IMG/VR virus record: IMGVR_UViG_3300022178_002326
Coordinates: 540 to 64,539 of that record
Reading direction: 5' to 3' (one strand)
Source: a virus
Lineage: Duplodnaviria; Caudoviricetes
DNA length: 64,000 nt
Below, one piece after another: positions 27,484 to 37,980 of this stretch. Numbering within the stretch: the first letter of the stretch is position 1; every line of letters begins with the position of its first letter. A program made the translations under genes and the position numbers. The notes below the pieces were generated by a model that ran no database searches, was not told where the DNA came from, and was given only the letters and a program-made list of their open reading frames with translations.

Positions 27484-29565
27484 ATGGTAGATAAGTATTT
27501 TGTAAACTGTAGAGGGGCAACTTTCAATAAAGTCCATACTGATGAGTGGGATAAGTCAGGAGGTCTTCCTAGGATGAGCACTCCTTTTCAACCAGTCACA
27601 GTTGATTACGATAAGGATTACATGACCTTTGCAGGGTCTACTAAAACTTCTAATTGGCTTCATTGGAATGATGACGAAGCTAACAGTCAACTAGATTATT
27701 TATCTAAAATAGGGGTAAATCTAATAAGGGTATACGCAGACCTGTTTACCTGGGATGCTTTAGGTAGTAGATATTTGCAATCGGTAGAGTCTCTAGCAAA
27801 ACTATGCAACTCCAAAAAAATGTATATTCAATGGGTATTATTTGATGGATATACTCAAGACGATACTCCTTCTACCAATCATTCATTAGGGTATCTAGAT
27901 CCCTCTACTATCCCTGAGGCGATGTCTTGGGGAATTCGTAGATGGCAGAGGTGCCCTACTATTAACGAGAATAGCATTAGCGGAACCAGAGATTACTTTA
28001 AGTTAGTGGAGGACATTCCTAGTAGATCAGGTTCCTCATTATCTCCTAAAGTAGAATCTTACATATCTGATATGTTGTCAACCGCTGGAAAGTACAGATC
28101 GGCATTGTCGTGGGAAGTAATGCACGATGTCAACATTCTTGATACTGAGACTAATGCATATTCTTTTTTAATTGCTGCCATAAACAAGGTGAATTCGTTA
28201 AAGACTGCAAATCAAAAAACTACAATTTCGTCAAAATACTTAAATGCGTATAGTACTAAGGGGTCTAATGGTACACCCGATGTATACGATAGCACCTTAA
28301 TAGAGCAAGTAATTCCTTTACTTGACTACGCTTGCGAGCTAACAATTAATTTTACAATTTTAGGCTTTATAAATTCTTACAGGAGATTACTTGATTTTTC
28401 TTCTAAAACTAAAAAGCCTTTTATGCTGATAGATTCTTTTAATGAGTCTTTATTGACTCCTTCTGAATTCTTTACTTTTGCAAAAGATTTCAATGTTGGA
28501 GTTATTTGTGAAGGCATGGTTGATCGAGCCATGAGTAGAAAGCCTAACAATGATACGAAAGGTATTTTGTATGATGACGGGTCTTGCAGAAGAAGTGTTG
28601 ACGCTAGTGCTGTAAAATCTAAGGCATCTAATGACGGCATAGGGTTCACTAAATTAAGTTTACCTTCCGAGAAAACTGATTTCAACAATCTGTATAGTAA
28701 AGTAGCTTCTAGCTTTGAGAGGTTTGAAGCTCATGGTGACTTTGGTTATTGGACCTTTTCTTCGATTCATGAGGCTCATGAGGGGTACCCTGAGTTTTCG
28801 GGAACGCCTATAGGTTATCTGCCCATGGCATCTTCAGTATCGTCTACCAAGAACGGATGGGGAGTCGTAGGAGATGGGTTAGGCTACGGTTATGAGAGTA
28901 ATTATTTATTTTCAAGTCTTAAACTTTGGGACCAGTATGGGAACCAGAACTTCGCAAGCTGGAAACTATTCCAACATATATCCGATCCTGTAGAAAGGGA
29001 TAAGCAGGGATCTAAAATGCTGGCAAAGCTTATAAGGCTAACCCAAGACTTGGACATGACATTCGGACATAATTTTCACAATAGCGAAGGGTATTCTATA
29101 CCAAGTTTAGTGTCTTTTGCTACTCAAAATAATGTGCAGACTTATGCTTCGGGGTATTTGCCAACGTCCCTTACTAAAACTAGTAAGTACAATAAGAGTC
29201 CTTTAGTGGGGAGTCCTAAACTTCTTTCAAACTTATCTCCTTCTGATGGAGGGTACAGGCAATCAGTTACCGAATTAGATAAACCTCTTTGTTATTGGAA
29301 TAGGCCCTCGGGGGCAGAATTCGCCAGCGGATGCTGTGACTACAGTGCAGCTATTACTGTAGGGACCATGGATACGGAATATACTGATATCTTAAATACA
29401 AAAATTGATTGGTCCTCTTACGACACTGATTTCTTCTATTGGTCGGCATATTTGTATAATGCTTACGTTGAAGCTAATAATAGCTTAAAAAGTTATCTAG
29501 AAGCATTAGGAGATCCTAGGGTATCGAGCTACTTAGTTACCCAAACCCCAGTGGTAATAAGCTAG
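27484..29565 (+). CDS. GH5-like TIM-barrel virion protein, catalytic sites apparently degenerate
   Basis: QLDYLSKIGVNLIRVY, WVLFD, LSWEVMHDV (cf. WE..NEP), KKPFMLIDSF (cf. KP....E), GILYDDGS. Confidence 0.6.
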   Translation: MVDKYFVNCRGATFNKVHTDEWDKSGGLPRMSTPFQPVTVDYDKDYMTFAGSTKTSNWLHWNDDEANSQLDYLSKIGVNLIRVYADLFTWDALGSRYLQSVESLAKLCNSKKMYIQWVLFDGYTQDDTPSTNHSLGYLDPSTIPEAMSWGIRRWQRCPTINENSISGTRDYFKLVEDIPSRSGSSLSPKVESYISDMLSTAGKYRSALSWEVMHDVNILDTETNAYSFLIAAINKVNSLKTANQKTTISSKYLNAYSTKGSNGTPDVYDSTLIEQVIPLLDYACELTINFTILGFINSYRRLLDFSSKTKKPFMLIDSFNESLLTPSEFFTFAKDFNVGVICEGMVDRAMSRKPNNDTKGILYDDGSCRRSVDASAVKSKASNDGIGFTKLSLPSEKTDFNNLYSKVASSFERFEAHGDFGYWTFSSIHEAHEGYPEFSGTPIGYLPMASSVSSTKNGWGVVGDGLGYGYESNYLFSSLKLWDQYGNQNFASWKLFQHISDPVERDKQGSKMLAKLIRLTQDLDMTFGHNFHNSEGYSIPSLVSFATQNNVQTYASGYLPTSLTKTSKYNKSPLVGSPKLLSNLSPSDGGYRQSVTELDKPLCYWNRPSGAEFASGCCDYSAAITVGTMDTEYTDILNTKIDWSSYDTDFFYWSAYLYNAYVEANNSLKSYLEALGDPRVSSYLVTQTPVVIS

Positions 29566-31943
29566 TATACCCTTCCCCCTTTAGCAATATGATTATGTTT
29601 AATCATTGCTGCTGGCAATACTTCTTCCGCATTTAAAGACTCTTCATAGGTGTAATTGCTTAAGTAGTTTTCTAACTTATTAATTACGTCATCTGCTGAG
29701 GTTCCTACAATCACTAAATTTTGATAGACAGTCCATCCTTGAGGGACAAAAGGAGTACTGTTTATTCCTGCATATATACTTCCGTATTGCATACCCATGT
29801 ACATCTTTTGGCCGTAAGGGTCGTTATCCCATAAACCTCTACTAAATTTAGTAGCCCTAGCATCCCCATTGTTTGCCGTGCCATCATCAGTTATGGTACC
29901 ACTTACAGCATAATTAGTAATATCACTGATAATATCTGTAGGGTACATCCAATTACTTGCGACATTTGAAGGACTATTTCCTTTATTAGGAGACATTACG
30001 TAGTATTTTCCTACTGCTACAGAAGATAGATCTCCAGGAGCATCATCATTTCTTTCTTGTATTACCATAACCTTTCTACTTCCTAGCCAGTGCTCAGAAG
30101 GAGAAACTCCATATATAGATGTAGAGTCTGTATATCCTTCAAATTTAGAAGTAAACTTAACATATCCGTCCGCACCGCTTGTTACTACTTGTGCAAGACT
30201 CATAAAGTTTCCAGAAGCATCTGCTCCTTGAGTATTATCTCCTTTGTAGTTGTAAATAACTTTTAACGCTTGCCGAAACTGACTTGATGCCTGAAGAGGA
30301 GGGAAAGCACTAAAAGTTACTCCTAATTCAAGAGCTTCCTGCCCAGAGACGCTGGTTCCGTTTGAGAAAGTAATCTTATGAACAGGCAGTCCCGACAACT
30401 TTATTTTTCTTTTATTTTCAGGAGAATAAACATACATTTCATTCATTCTTCCGTCTATAGTTCCTCCTAAAAGGGAGTTATAAGTCCCCCCTGTTCCCGC
30501 AAAATCAGCTTGCGACTCATGCCAATACTTCATAGTATCAAATACTTTGTTTTTAATTTTATCTGATAGTTTTACATCATTAGATTTTAAATAAACATCT
30601 GAATTTCTGTAATTATCAATACTAAACTTGGAAGATAAGTATACCCCATATAACTCTCTGTGTACTCCTTCTACTCCATTATGATTCACATCTTTTTGGA
30701 GGTATAGTCTTTGACCTCCGTTAAATATTTGATTTGTATCCACTGCTCCTCTTTCTGTAGCATTAATTGGTGTATCTAAAAATCCTTTTCCTACACCCTT
30801 CGAATCCCAATAATCACTTACGGAACTATTGGAGTAAGTGAACGGATATAAATAATAGGGGAACGCAGTAGGATCCCCTGAAGTTGCACCACCTCCCTTC
30901 AGTTCTCCTCCGAAATCCACAGGATACATGCCAGCTTTTATACTTCCTGAGTCTCCATCAATATCTACTTTAGAGTAGCATCCTACGGCGTTTGACTGCT
31001 GAAAAAAACCATGTATCTTTTCTGGAGTAAATGACCTAGCTTGAGTAATGCCTTTAACTTGTCTATACATTAACTGGCCCATTGCTGATCCTGGAATAGG
31101 GTTGTAGTATGTTAGGGGAAGGGGAGGGTCAAAGTATAGATCCTTTAGAGCGTAATCCTCCTCACTAGTACCAGTTGAGATTGCGTAAGACGCAAGGAAA
31201 TCATAAAAGGCTCTAAAGGAGTCTTGTACTTGATAATCGCCATAGGATTGCGCCCCGTATCCGAAAAGTCCATCTGGTTGCGTAATGATTGCCCCATCGG
31301 CATTCTCACACTCTGCCGATGGTTTGCTTATCCAAACGTCAACCATCCGACCACTATTCTCATCTACCAATAAAGTGTTATTACCAATAGTGATTACGTT
31401 ATCTCCCGCGTACTTAGACTGAGTTCCTTCTTTGTAGGGCTTATACCAGTCAAAATACCAAGATAAAACTCTGTCATAATCAAATCCCCACCTGTTAGTA
31501 CCGTATCCGTGCCTAATAGCTTCTCCCCCAAATCCTTGGTCAGTGTCATTAAAGTCTAAAAGGGCTGAAACCTCATCAGAAGCTAGAGTTCCTGATCCGA
31601 AATATTTTACATCATCCCAAGCTGATGCTTGAAATCTTCCTGTTACAAAATGGTATTCGTCTTCAAAAAACGCTCTCCTAGTGTTATTAATGCTTAAACT
31701 AGAAGTATCTACTTTTGGACGTGATTGCAGATTAGTAAGTGATTTTTGATTTGTTCTAGTAAGTTGAGGTCCGTAATCGGCAGAAGCGTTAATAGACTCT
31801 CCGCCAAGTGGAAACTCTTCTGAGTTAATGTATCCGTAATTAGGAGTTCTTGGGACAAAATCGTCGTGATGCTCTCTTGATATTCTAGCCATGGTATATT
31901 GAGGTAATTTGTATACTGCCTCTAAATATCTATACAGATACAT
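29562..31943 (-). CDS. large hypothetical G/S/Y-rich protein, probably virion-associated
   Basis: 793-aa ORF inverted inside the baseplate cluster; alternative start MARISR at 31892. Confidence 0.6.
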   Translation of the reverse strand: MYLYRYLEAVYKLPQYTMARISREHHDDFVPRTPNYGYINSEEFPLGGESINASADYGPQLTRTNQKSLTNLQSRPKVDTSSLSINNTRRAFFEDEYHFVTGRFQASAWDDVKYFGSGTLASDEVSALLDFNDTDQGFGGEAIRHGYGTNRWGFDYDRVLSWYFDWYKPYKEGTQSKYAGDNVITIGNNTLLVDENSGRMVDVWISKPSAECENADGAIITQPDGLFGYGAQSYGDYQVQDSFRAFYDFLASYAISTGTSEEDYALKDLYFDPPLPLTYYNPIPGSAMGQLMYRQVKGITQARSFTPEKIHGFFQQSNAVGCYSKVDIDGDSGSIKAGMYPVDFGGELKGGGATSGDPTAFPYYLYPFTYSNSSVSDYWDSKGVGKGFLDTPINATERGAVDTNQIFNGGQRLYLQKDVNHNGVEGVHRELYGVYLSSKFSIDNYRNSDVYLKSNDVKLSDKIKNKVFDTMKYWHESQADFAGTGGTYNSLLGGTIDGRMNEMYVYSPENKRKIKLSGLPVHKITFSNGTSVSGQEALELGVTFSAFPPLQASSQFRQALKVIYNYKGDNTQGADASGNFMSLAQVVTSGADGYVKFTSKFEGYTDSTSIYGVSPSEHWLGSRKVMVIQERNDDAPGDLSSVAVGKYYVMSPNKGNSPSNVASNWMYPTDIISDITNYAVSGTITDDGTANNGDARATKFSRGLWDNDPYGQKMYMGMQYGSIYAGINSTPFVPQGWTVYQNLVIVGTSADDVINKLENYLSNYTYEESLNAEEVLPAAMIKHNHIAKGGRVY

Positions 31944-31961
31944 TTTTCTGAATATTTTAAA

Positions 31962-32405
31962 ATGGCAATTTCAAGCAACACAACAACTTTTGGAAATTTA
32001 GTTCCGGGGCCTATGCAGAGACCCGTTACAGGTCAGGATCCTAGATTAGTAGGTTTAGAGTACCCTGTACCTGTTGACCCTAAAAACGGATACTTCAGCA
32101 AGATGTCGGGACTATCATTAGTTAAGTCTAATTTAAGGTCTATTTTAAAGACGGAAAGAGGCGAGCGTTTTATGAGACCTGATTACGGGTGCAATTTGCG
32201 TAAGTTTCTAATGGAGCCTTTAGATGCTGTGACCTTTTCACTGATAAAAGAAGAGATTGTCATTGCCATACGTAGATACCTTAGCACAGTTTCTTTAGGA
32301 AAGGTTCAAGTGTTTGAAACTGTAGATTCTAACTTAAAAGTAAATCTCTTTTGCAACTATAGAAATTTAACTTCGACTTCATTTAATGTCGGTGTAAGGA
32401 TATAA
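31962..32405 (+). CDS. gp25: baseplate wedge / sheath initiator (gp25/gpW-like)
   Basis: VKSNLRSILKTERGERFMRPDYGCNL motif. Confidence 0.92.
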   Translation: MAISSNTTTFGNLVPGPMQRPVTGQDPRLVGLEYPVPVDPKNGYFSKMSGLSLVKSNLRSILKTERGERFMRPDYGCNLRKFLMEPLDAVTFSLIKEEIVIAIRRYLSTVSLGKVQVFETVDSNLKVNLFCNYRNLTSTSFNVGVRI

Positions 32406-34009
32406 TGGTAGTATTTTCAGGAACGGTTCAATCAGATTTTTTAAAGAAACTTCCTTCTGAACTGGACAATAAGCAGGGACTCATAAATTTCGCTTCGTCG
32501 GACTTTAATTCTTTACGATCTAATCTGTTATCGTATGTAAAAGCTAATTTTCCTTTAGATTATAATAACTTTGAAAGCTCTGACTTTGGAATGTTATTAC
32601 TTGAGATGATGGCAGCGGTAGGGCACATTCAATCGAATAAGTCTGATTACCTTGCTAACGAAAACTACATTGGAACGGCACGTAGTAGGGATAGTGTAAA
32701 GAGATTGATGGAGCTTATAGGGGTTCGGATGAAGGGTCCTATTGCTGCTGCTGCTAACGCATCCGTTACATACACTACGAACGCTGTTGCTGCTCCTTCT
32801 TCAATGACAGTAGCGGCTGTTGATAGAGTTAAATCAATTACGTCTCCTGAGGATGGAGCTACGTTAAGTTATACGTTATACAAAGTAAACTCAAACGGAA
32901 CTGTAGACTTAACCACTCCTTCAGTTGATTTAGAATTTGAAGTTTCTTCTTCAGGCGGCACAGTCTTGGTTACGGATGCGGTATTGTTGGAAGGAGCTTT
33001 GGTAAGAGAGAGGGGGACCTTTACGTCTCCTGAATCTATCCAATCAATCAATCTAGGTCAAGCCCCTTACATTGAGAAAAGTGCTCAGGTGTACCTAGAA
33101 GGAAATCCTCTAACCGAGGGAATTTATAAGGAAGAAGAAAATATCTATTTCGCCTCCGGCGGCACAGATAAGGTTTTTCAGGTAACTACTGATGAAACTT
33201 TTAGGGCTTCTCTTTTGTTCGGGGATAACAGTATTGGTCAAAGCCCTTCTATAGGAGATCAATATACTGTCACTTATCGAGTTGGAGGAGGAACTAGAGG
33301 TAATATCGCAAATGGATCTTTAAACATTCCTATAACCATTACTTCCACGCTTGGCGCAGCTACGGAGCAGATTCAAGGAACCTTGGAAAATACTAGTGTA
33401 GGAACTGGAGGAAGAGGTGCCGAGTCTATAGCTCAAGCTAAAAGATATGCGCCACTAGTGTTTAGAAGTCAGGACCGGCTTGTAACTCTTTCTGATTATA
33501 AGGGGTTTGCTAATTTGTTTGCCTCTAACTACGGAAGCACTGGGAAGGTCACAGCCACCGTTAGACGAGCTTATTCTTCCGCTAATATGATAGACTTGTT
33601 TGTATTAGAACGAGCCTCAGACAGGCAACTGAGGCGTGCTACGAAGGAGTATAAGAGACAGCTTCTGGCTGAGATACAAGACAAGAAGATGCTTACGGAT
33701 GAGGTTGTCATCGTTGACGGATTAATCAGAACTTTAGATTTGATAGTAACTTTAACTGTAGATTCTAAATTCAGAAGAAATGAAGCTCCTTTAATTCAGA
33801 GTGCAAGAGCGTCCATTGAAAACTACATGAACATTGATAATACTGACTTTGCGGAGCCTTTCGTTCCTCAGGATCTTATTAGAACTGTTCTAGAGGATGA
33901 AACTAATATTAGATACGCAACGGTTGACAATGTGGAATCTGCAATTACAGTAGGCTTTAATGAAATCATACAGCTTAATAACTTAACTGTCAAGGTAAAT
34001 TACATCTAA
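32405..34009 (+). CDS. gp6: baseplate wedge protein (gp6/gpJ-like)
   Basis: DFNSLRSNL..Y, LFGDNSIGQSP, YRVGGGTRGN, GGRGAESI, QDRLVTLSDY. Confidence 0.92.
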   Translation: MVVFSGTVQSDFLKKLPSELDNKQGLINFASSDFNSLRSNLLSYVKANFPLDYNNFESSDFGMLLLEMMAAVGHIQSNKSDYLANENYIGTARSRDSVKRLMELIGVRMKGPIAAAANASVTYTTNAVAAPSSMTVAAVDRVKSITSPEDGATLSYTLYKVNSNGTVDLTTPSVDLEFEVSSSGGTVLVTDAVLLEGALVRERGTFTSPESIQSINLGQAPYIEKSAQVYLEGNPLTEGIYKEEENIYFASGGTDKVFQVTTDETFRASLLFGDNSIGQSPSIGDQYTVTYRVGGGTRGNIANGSLNIPITITSTLGAATEQIQGTLENTSVGTGGRGAESIAQAKRYAPLVFRSQDRLVTLSDYKGFANLFASNYGSTGKVTATVRRAYSSANMIDLFVLERASDRQLRRATKEYKRQLLAEIQDKKMLTDEVVIVDGLIRTLDLIVTLTVDSKFRRNEAPLIQSARASIENYMNIDNTDFAEPFVPQDLIRTVLEDETNIRYATVDNVESAITVGFNEIIQLNNLTVKVNYI

Positions 34010-37000
34010 TGTCGGGTAAGACTTATTTAAGAAATCAAACATACTTTAAGCCAAATTACTTTAAAGCATTAAAGTACATTCTTCCTGAGTATCTCTATGA
34101 AGATGATATCGAGGGAACCGCTAAGGACGTTGATGTAGTTGACACTTTAATCAACTCTCATTTAGATATCGCTAATAACATATCTTCTGTGTTACATGTT
34201 AGTGCTGTTTCGCAGGGCTTGTACAGTTCCATAGATTCCTTTAAGGGCATAGCTCCATTTTTTGTAAAGCAAAATCAACTAACCAACATTACTACTCAAG
34301 AGTTCGAAGATGATGTTCTTACTTATTTTGACAGGACGTTTGCTAGTTTTGAGAACTTAAATGAGTTTGACCAGTTCCTAGAGGATACTTTACTTCCAGC
34401 TATAAACTTAAACAATCCTGACTCTACTTACTTTGGAAGTATAGGATCCACCTCCGCTATACACAATTATTTAATAAATAAATTATCTTGGATGTATTTT
34501 TTAAATACTTCAGGAGATTCTTTTGATCCCTCTTCTTATGTCAAGGGTTTAATAACAAGTAGTTTATTTGTAGGCAATCCTGTAAGCATTAGTGACGGTA
34601 TCAAGGGATTGACGGAGTTTGTATGGAGAAACGAAATGGGGGACTACTATCCTTCAAGTTTGTTTGCCCCTGGATCATCTGCTTCTTTGAGTGGGACACA
34701 GCAATTAGATAAGTTAAAGACCTGGGTTGATGTAGCTTACTCCCCTCTTTATGCTGACAAATCCGACTTTACTGTTAGAGATAGATTTAAAACCTTTTCT
34801 GAAAACAGTATAAAGTATACTGATAAGGTTGAAAGTGGTCCGTTCGCCAGATTGATTAGGTCTTTATCTTTCCTAGCTTTTGACATCAACAATCAAACTG
34901 AGGAGATTGCTTCTCTATACGATATAGATGATTGTCCTGATGATTACCTTCCTCTTGTAGCTCAATTAATTGGTTGGGATTTATATGGGGATGATGCGAA
35001 TAAATGGAGGTTACAACTAAGAAACGCTGTTTCAATTTATAAAACTATTGGAACTAAAAAAGCAATTCAACGTACTGTAAATACTGTTTTTCCTAAAGAT
35101 AAATTTCCCATTGAAAGTAGGATTACTGAGATGTGGGAGTCTTATGTTCCTTATCTAATTTACTACGCTTTAGCTACGGAGTCCGATAAGTTTAAAGACT
35201 TCCAGACATGGAATCGTGACGAAGCTGAAAACATGGATGTTGAAGGTTACTCAACCAACAGCATGGATGAAAACATTAGGATGGCTGTCGATAGGATTCT
35301 ACTAGAAACAGTCCAGCAGTTCCCTGATAGTTTCTCCCTAACTTATTGGATTGAACAATCAAGTTTATCGTTTAATTACAGAGGAAGAGTATATCCTATT
35401 CCTCCGTTTGAAGAGTATCCATACTATGTTAACGTAGAGCTAAACCAAGATATGATCAGCTTTATAGCTGATAGATTAGCTTGCTTTGGAGTTAGACAGG
35501 AGTTTGCTTTAGATGTTAGCTCCTACATATCTTCTAATGCATTGAACGTCGATGATGAACCTCGTGCAGGGTCATGGCTATTATTTACGTCAGGTTATAA
35601 TTCTCCTCCAAATCTTGATAACCTTTTATTGAACCTTAACGATAACAGGTTTGATTACGCTAGCTTGTGGTCAGGTAAATCTTCTCACTTTAAACTTGTT
35701 TTAGATGCTTCTGAATTTGATTTTACTAAGAAAGGATTGACTGGCGTTGACTCCGGGGATGCTATTGGACTTTTATCTCAGTCTGTGCTTAGGAGTGCTC
35801 CTGCTCACTCCATACCTTTAATATCCTTAGAAGTTTCAGGAGAACCTGACTTAGTGTCCTTGGAGGGTAGTTCCCTTCCTTTAATATACTACGACGATAC
35901 AGAGATAGATGTTGGTGCTGGAAATAATTACTTCACTAAGGGATTCTCTTTTAACAGTTATAAGAGAGGAGTTAATCCTGGGGGAAACGAAATTCAAAGA
36001 TCTGCTACCGAAAGCTTGGTATCTCCTGAGTTTCTAACAGAATCAGTAGTAGGTGCAATACCTAGAAATACTTCTAGAAGAAGATCCTATGAGAAAGTAA
36101 TGCCATTTAATGGGTATTACGATAGGACCGGATTTAATATGCCTGTTGGATTTAGCATGGCATCAGGTTTAAGCGGTATTCCTTTAGGGTTAGTCCCTAG
36201 TTCTTTGGGATACACTCCTGTTACTAGCCATGTTAATCTTCCTGCTATCTGGGCGCAATGCGAAGGATTGAATTCTACTAATTCTTATTACGAGTATGAT
36301 GTTAGTAATACTCAAAACGTAAGAGGCATAGCGTCCACGTTCCAAAGTAATTCAGACTATACTACTGATCGAGGGCAGCTTCCAGGAATATATGCTTCAA
36401 TGCATAGAATAAGTGAGAATGAAAAGTATTTAAGATCTTATCTTGTTAGCGGTCCTATTGCACTTAAAAATCAAATAGCTATTACTACTGATGAAACTGA
36501 GTTAAATACCCTACGAGATTTGCTAACAAATCAAACTAGAGGTATACTTCAGTCGTATGCTAACGGGTTTAGCAACTCTTCTGTAGTAGGATACGCATTC
36601 CCTGAATCCACTAGTGATTATTATAACTTTGAGTTTGGAAGAGATTTACACAGGCTTTACCATCAGTATAAAGACAACTTCAAGTGGCACAGGTTAAGTC
36701 CTGAGGTACAAGAGTTAGATGGTGCAAACTTATTCTCTCATGTTTTTGGACCTTTAGTATACAATCATAATTTTGAAAAATTAGGAAACGTAACGGAATT
36801 AGTATCAACCTCTTTTGCTTCTCCTGCTAAGATAAGTGTTACTAGCACTCCCTTTACAGGAGCAGGATCCTTCGCTGCTTCGTCGCCAGAGAGTATGTAT
36901 TTGGATACTCCTGAAAGGGTATCTTCTGGCATAATAGATGGAGTTGAGCTTGTACTAGCTTCAGCTACAAGCGAGAATAATTCTTTTTCTATAATTAAAG

Positions 37001-37980
37001 TTCCTGGTAGTTCGAAGAAATCGTATGAGGAAACTTTCCTCTTTGATAAAACTTTGCTATTAATGAGGTCAGGATTTGGTGCTCTTACAAGGATTAGATT
37101 TGATATTTCTAAGTATGAAGAACCTTACAATCATCCTATCTCTAAGAACTTCTTAACTCCTGATCACGACTTTAAAATTGATTTAAACAGTATTATTAGC
37201 AATGATGCGGGAACTTTCTTGGGAGGGCGAAGAGTAGGGGTTTGGATCCACACTAAGCCTGAGTCGGGAAAAATGTGGACTTACGATAAGTATGGTAAGT
37301 GGATCCATCATGATCAACGGGTTAGCAGATCACACTTAATGTCCAGATACGGTCATATCAAGTCTTTAGCTTATAAGCCAAATGATCCTGAATCTACTAA
37401 TACTCCTGGTCTAGAGTGTATCGATAATACGGGGACCTCTAGGACTTCTCCAGTGATTGGATTAGGTGAAGATGATTTTGAGAACTTTGAGATTCACTTT
37501 GATACTAGGAACAGAGAGTTAATAGTTCCGAAAGATTACCAAAGCTCTTATGGACAGATTCACAGGTTAACTCAAGAGTATGTAGTTGAAGTATTTATGG
37601 CTCCAGGATCCCAACCCGATGAATTTATGTTGATTGACAAGGTTAGTATTCAAGACTTAACATTAAAAACTTTGTCAGAAGTATTTGCAGCAGGAACTCT
37701 ATCTGATCCTCTATGCAGCTTAAGTGAATTTAAATACGGTTGTGAGGAGTATAGGGTGGAGCTTTCTAAGAAAGATTTGTTTGATGTTTTAAAGCATTTT
37801 AATAACTTGTCAGGAAAGAATGCTGCGATCCCTTATGCTAGCAGAGACAAAGATAAGACTGAGACTATAATGGGACCTCGGGGAGGTTCAAAAGTTAACT
37901 ATGTGTTTACGGATGAGTTTGTCGGAGGGAGACATTTACTTAATCCTATACTACATTTAGAGATTATATTCTATTCATAA
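34009..37980 (+). CDS. large baseplate wedge protein (gp7/gpI-like)
   Basis: YLPLVAQLIGWDL...WRLQLRNAVSIYKTIGTKKAI is a P2 gpI-like motif; follows gp6. Confidence 0.8.
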   Translation: MSGKTYLRNQTYFKPNYFKALKYILPEYLYEDDIEGTAKDVDVVDTLINSHLDIANNISSVLHVSAVSQGLYSSIDSFKGIAPFFVKQNQLTNITTQEFEDDVLTYFDRTFASFENLNEFDQFLEDTLLPAINLNNPDSTYFGSIGSTSAIHNYLINKLSWMYFLNTSGDSFDPSSYVKGLITSSLFVGNPVSISDGIKGLTEFVWRNEMGDYYPSSLFAPGSSASLSGTQQLDKLKTWVDVAYSPLYADKSDFTVRDRFKTFSENSIKYTDKVESGPFARLIRSLSFLAFDINNQTEEIASLYDIDDCPDDYLPLVAQLIGWDLYGDDANKWRLQLRNAVSIYKTIGTKKAIQRTVNTVFPKDKFPIESRITEMWESYVPYLIYYALATESDKFKDFQTWNRDEAENMDVEGYSTNSMDENIRMAVDRILLETVQQFPDSFSLTYWIEQSSLSFNYRGRVYPIPPFEEYPYYVNVELNQDMISFIADRLACFGVRQEFALDVSSYISSNALNVDDEPRAGSWLLFTSGYNSPPNLDNLLLNLNDNRFDYASLWSGKSSHFKLVLDASEFDFTKKGLTGVDSGDAIGLLSQSVLRSAPAHSIPLISLEVSGEPDLVSLEGSSLPLIYYDDTEIDVGAGNNYFTKGFSFNSYKRGVNPGGNEIQRSATESLVSPEFLTESVVGAIPRNTSRRRSYEKVMPFNGYYDRTGFNMPVGFSMASGLSGIPLGLVPSSLGYTPVTSHVNLPAIWAQCEGLNSTNSYYEYDVSNTQNVRGIASTFQSNSDYTTDRGQLPGIYASMHRISENEKYLRSYLVSGPIALKNQIAITTDETELNTLRDLLTNQTRGILQSYANGFSNSSVVGYAFPESTSDYYNFEFGRDLHRLYHQYKDNFKWHRLSPEVQELDGANLFSHVFGPLVYNHNFEKLGNVTELVSTSFASPAKISVTSTPFTGAGSFAASSPESMYLDTPERVSSGIIDGVELVLASATSENNSFSIIKVPGSSKKSYEETFLFDKTLLLMRSGFGALTRIRFDISKYEEPYNHPISKNFLTPDHDFKIDLNSIISNDAGTFLGGRRVGVWIHTKPESGKMWTYDKYGKWIHHDQRVSRSHLMSRYGHIKSLAYKPNDPESTNTPGLECIDNTGTSRTSPVIGLGEDDFENFEIHFDTRNRELIVPKDYQSSYGQIHRLTQEYVVEVFMAPGSQPDEFMLIDKVSIQDLTLKTLSEVFAAGTLSDPLCSLSEFKYGCEEYRVELSKKDLFDVLKHFNNLSGKNAAIPYASRDKDKTETIMGPRGGSKVNYVFTDEFVGGRHLLNPILHLEIIFYS

